Source of the DNA: Mytilus californianus
Taxonomy: Eukaryota
Direction: 5' to 3'
DNA length: 64,000 bases
Assembly (NCBI RefSeq): GCF_021869535.1
Contig: NW_026262734.1
Span: 23,746,001-23,810,000, forward strand
A model generated the notes under the pieces. The model was not told where the DNA came from and made no database searches. It was given only the letters and a program-made list of their open reading frames with translations. This document shows, piece by piece, positions 63,859 through 64,000 of the stretch (the stretch's first letter is position 1; each line of letters starts with the position of its first letter). Both the position numbers and the translations under genes were made by a program.

Positions 63859-64000
63859 AATATGCTCCTTGTTTACCTATGCGGGAAAATTCAATAAATG
63901 TCTCATGTAAAGAAAATACAACAAATTTAAATATTTATAAAAGAAGATTAAAGAATGATAATTTTCAGCGTGATGGCCGGAGATCAGCAGCAATAAAAAA

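Overview
AT-rich, intron-rich animal DNA; the repeat families suggest a bivalve mollusc, probably Mytilus-like (inference). Almost all ORFs in the supplied track are spurious, so the genes were built by hand from GT-AG exons. (1) A complete 12-exon UFD1 on the minus strand (14403-35686, 305 aa). (2) A diverged tandem UFD1 paralog (exons 1-6 at 60-5347, running off the left edge). (3) CDC45 on the plus strand, head-to-head with UFD1 (333 bp between the ATGs); exons 1-10 (about 315 aa) are in the window and the rest are not. (4) An unexpected same-strand 4-exon gene starting about 800 bp after CDC45 exon 10 (57087-63858). It encodes an N-terminal SAM domain, a charged/coiled region, 23-aa acidic repeats and a C-terminal domain with the Cys...Asp-Ser-His layout of herpes-tegument-like (C76/VTD) deubiquitinases. 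Its last exon is broken by two single-base frame changes. Three CDC45 exon boundaries are amplified into tandem arrays carrying many copies of the splice site. The introns hold four CAG-ended TIR elements with 5-bp target duplications, many pearl/Helentron-like elements with internal satellites, long palindromes and SINEs. All coordinates and counts were read by eye; no searches were run.
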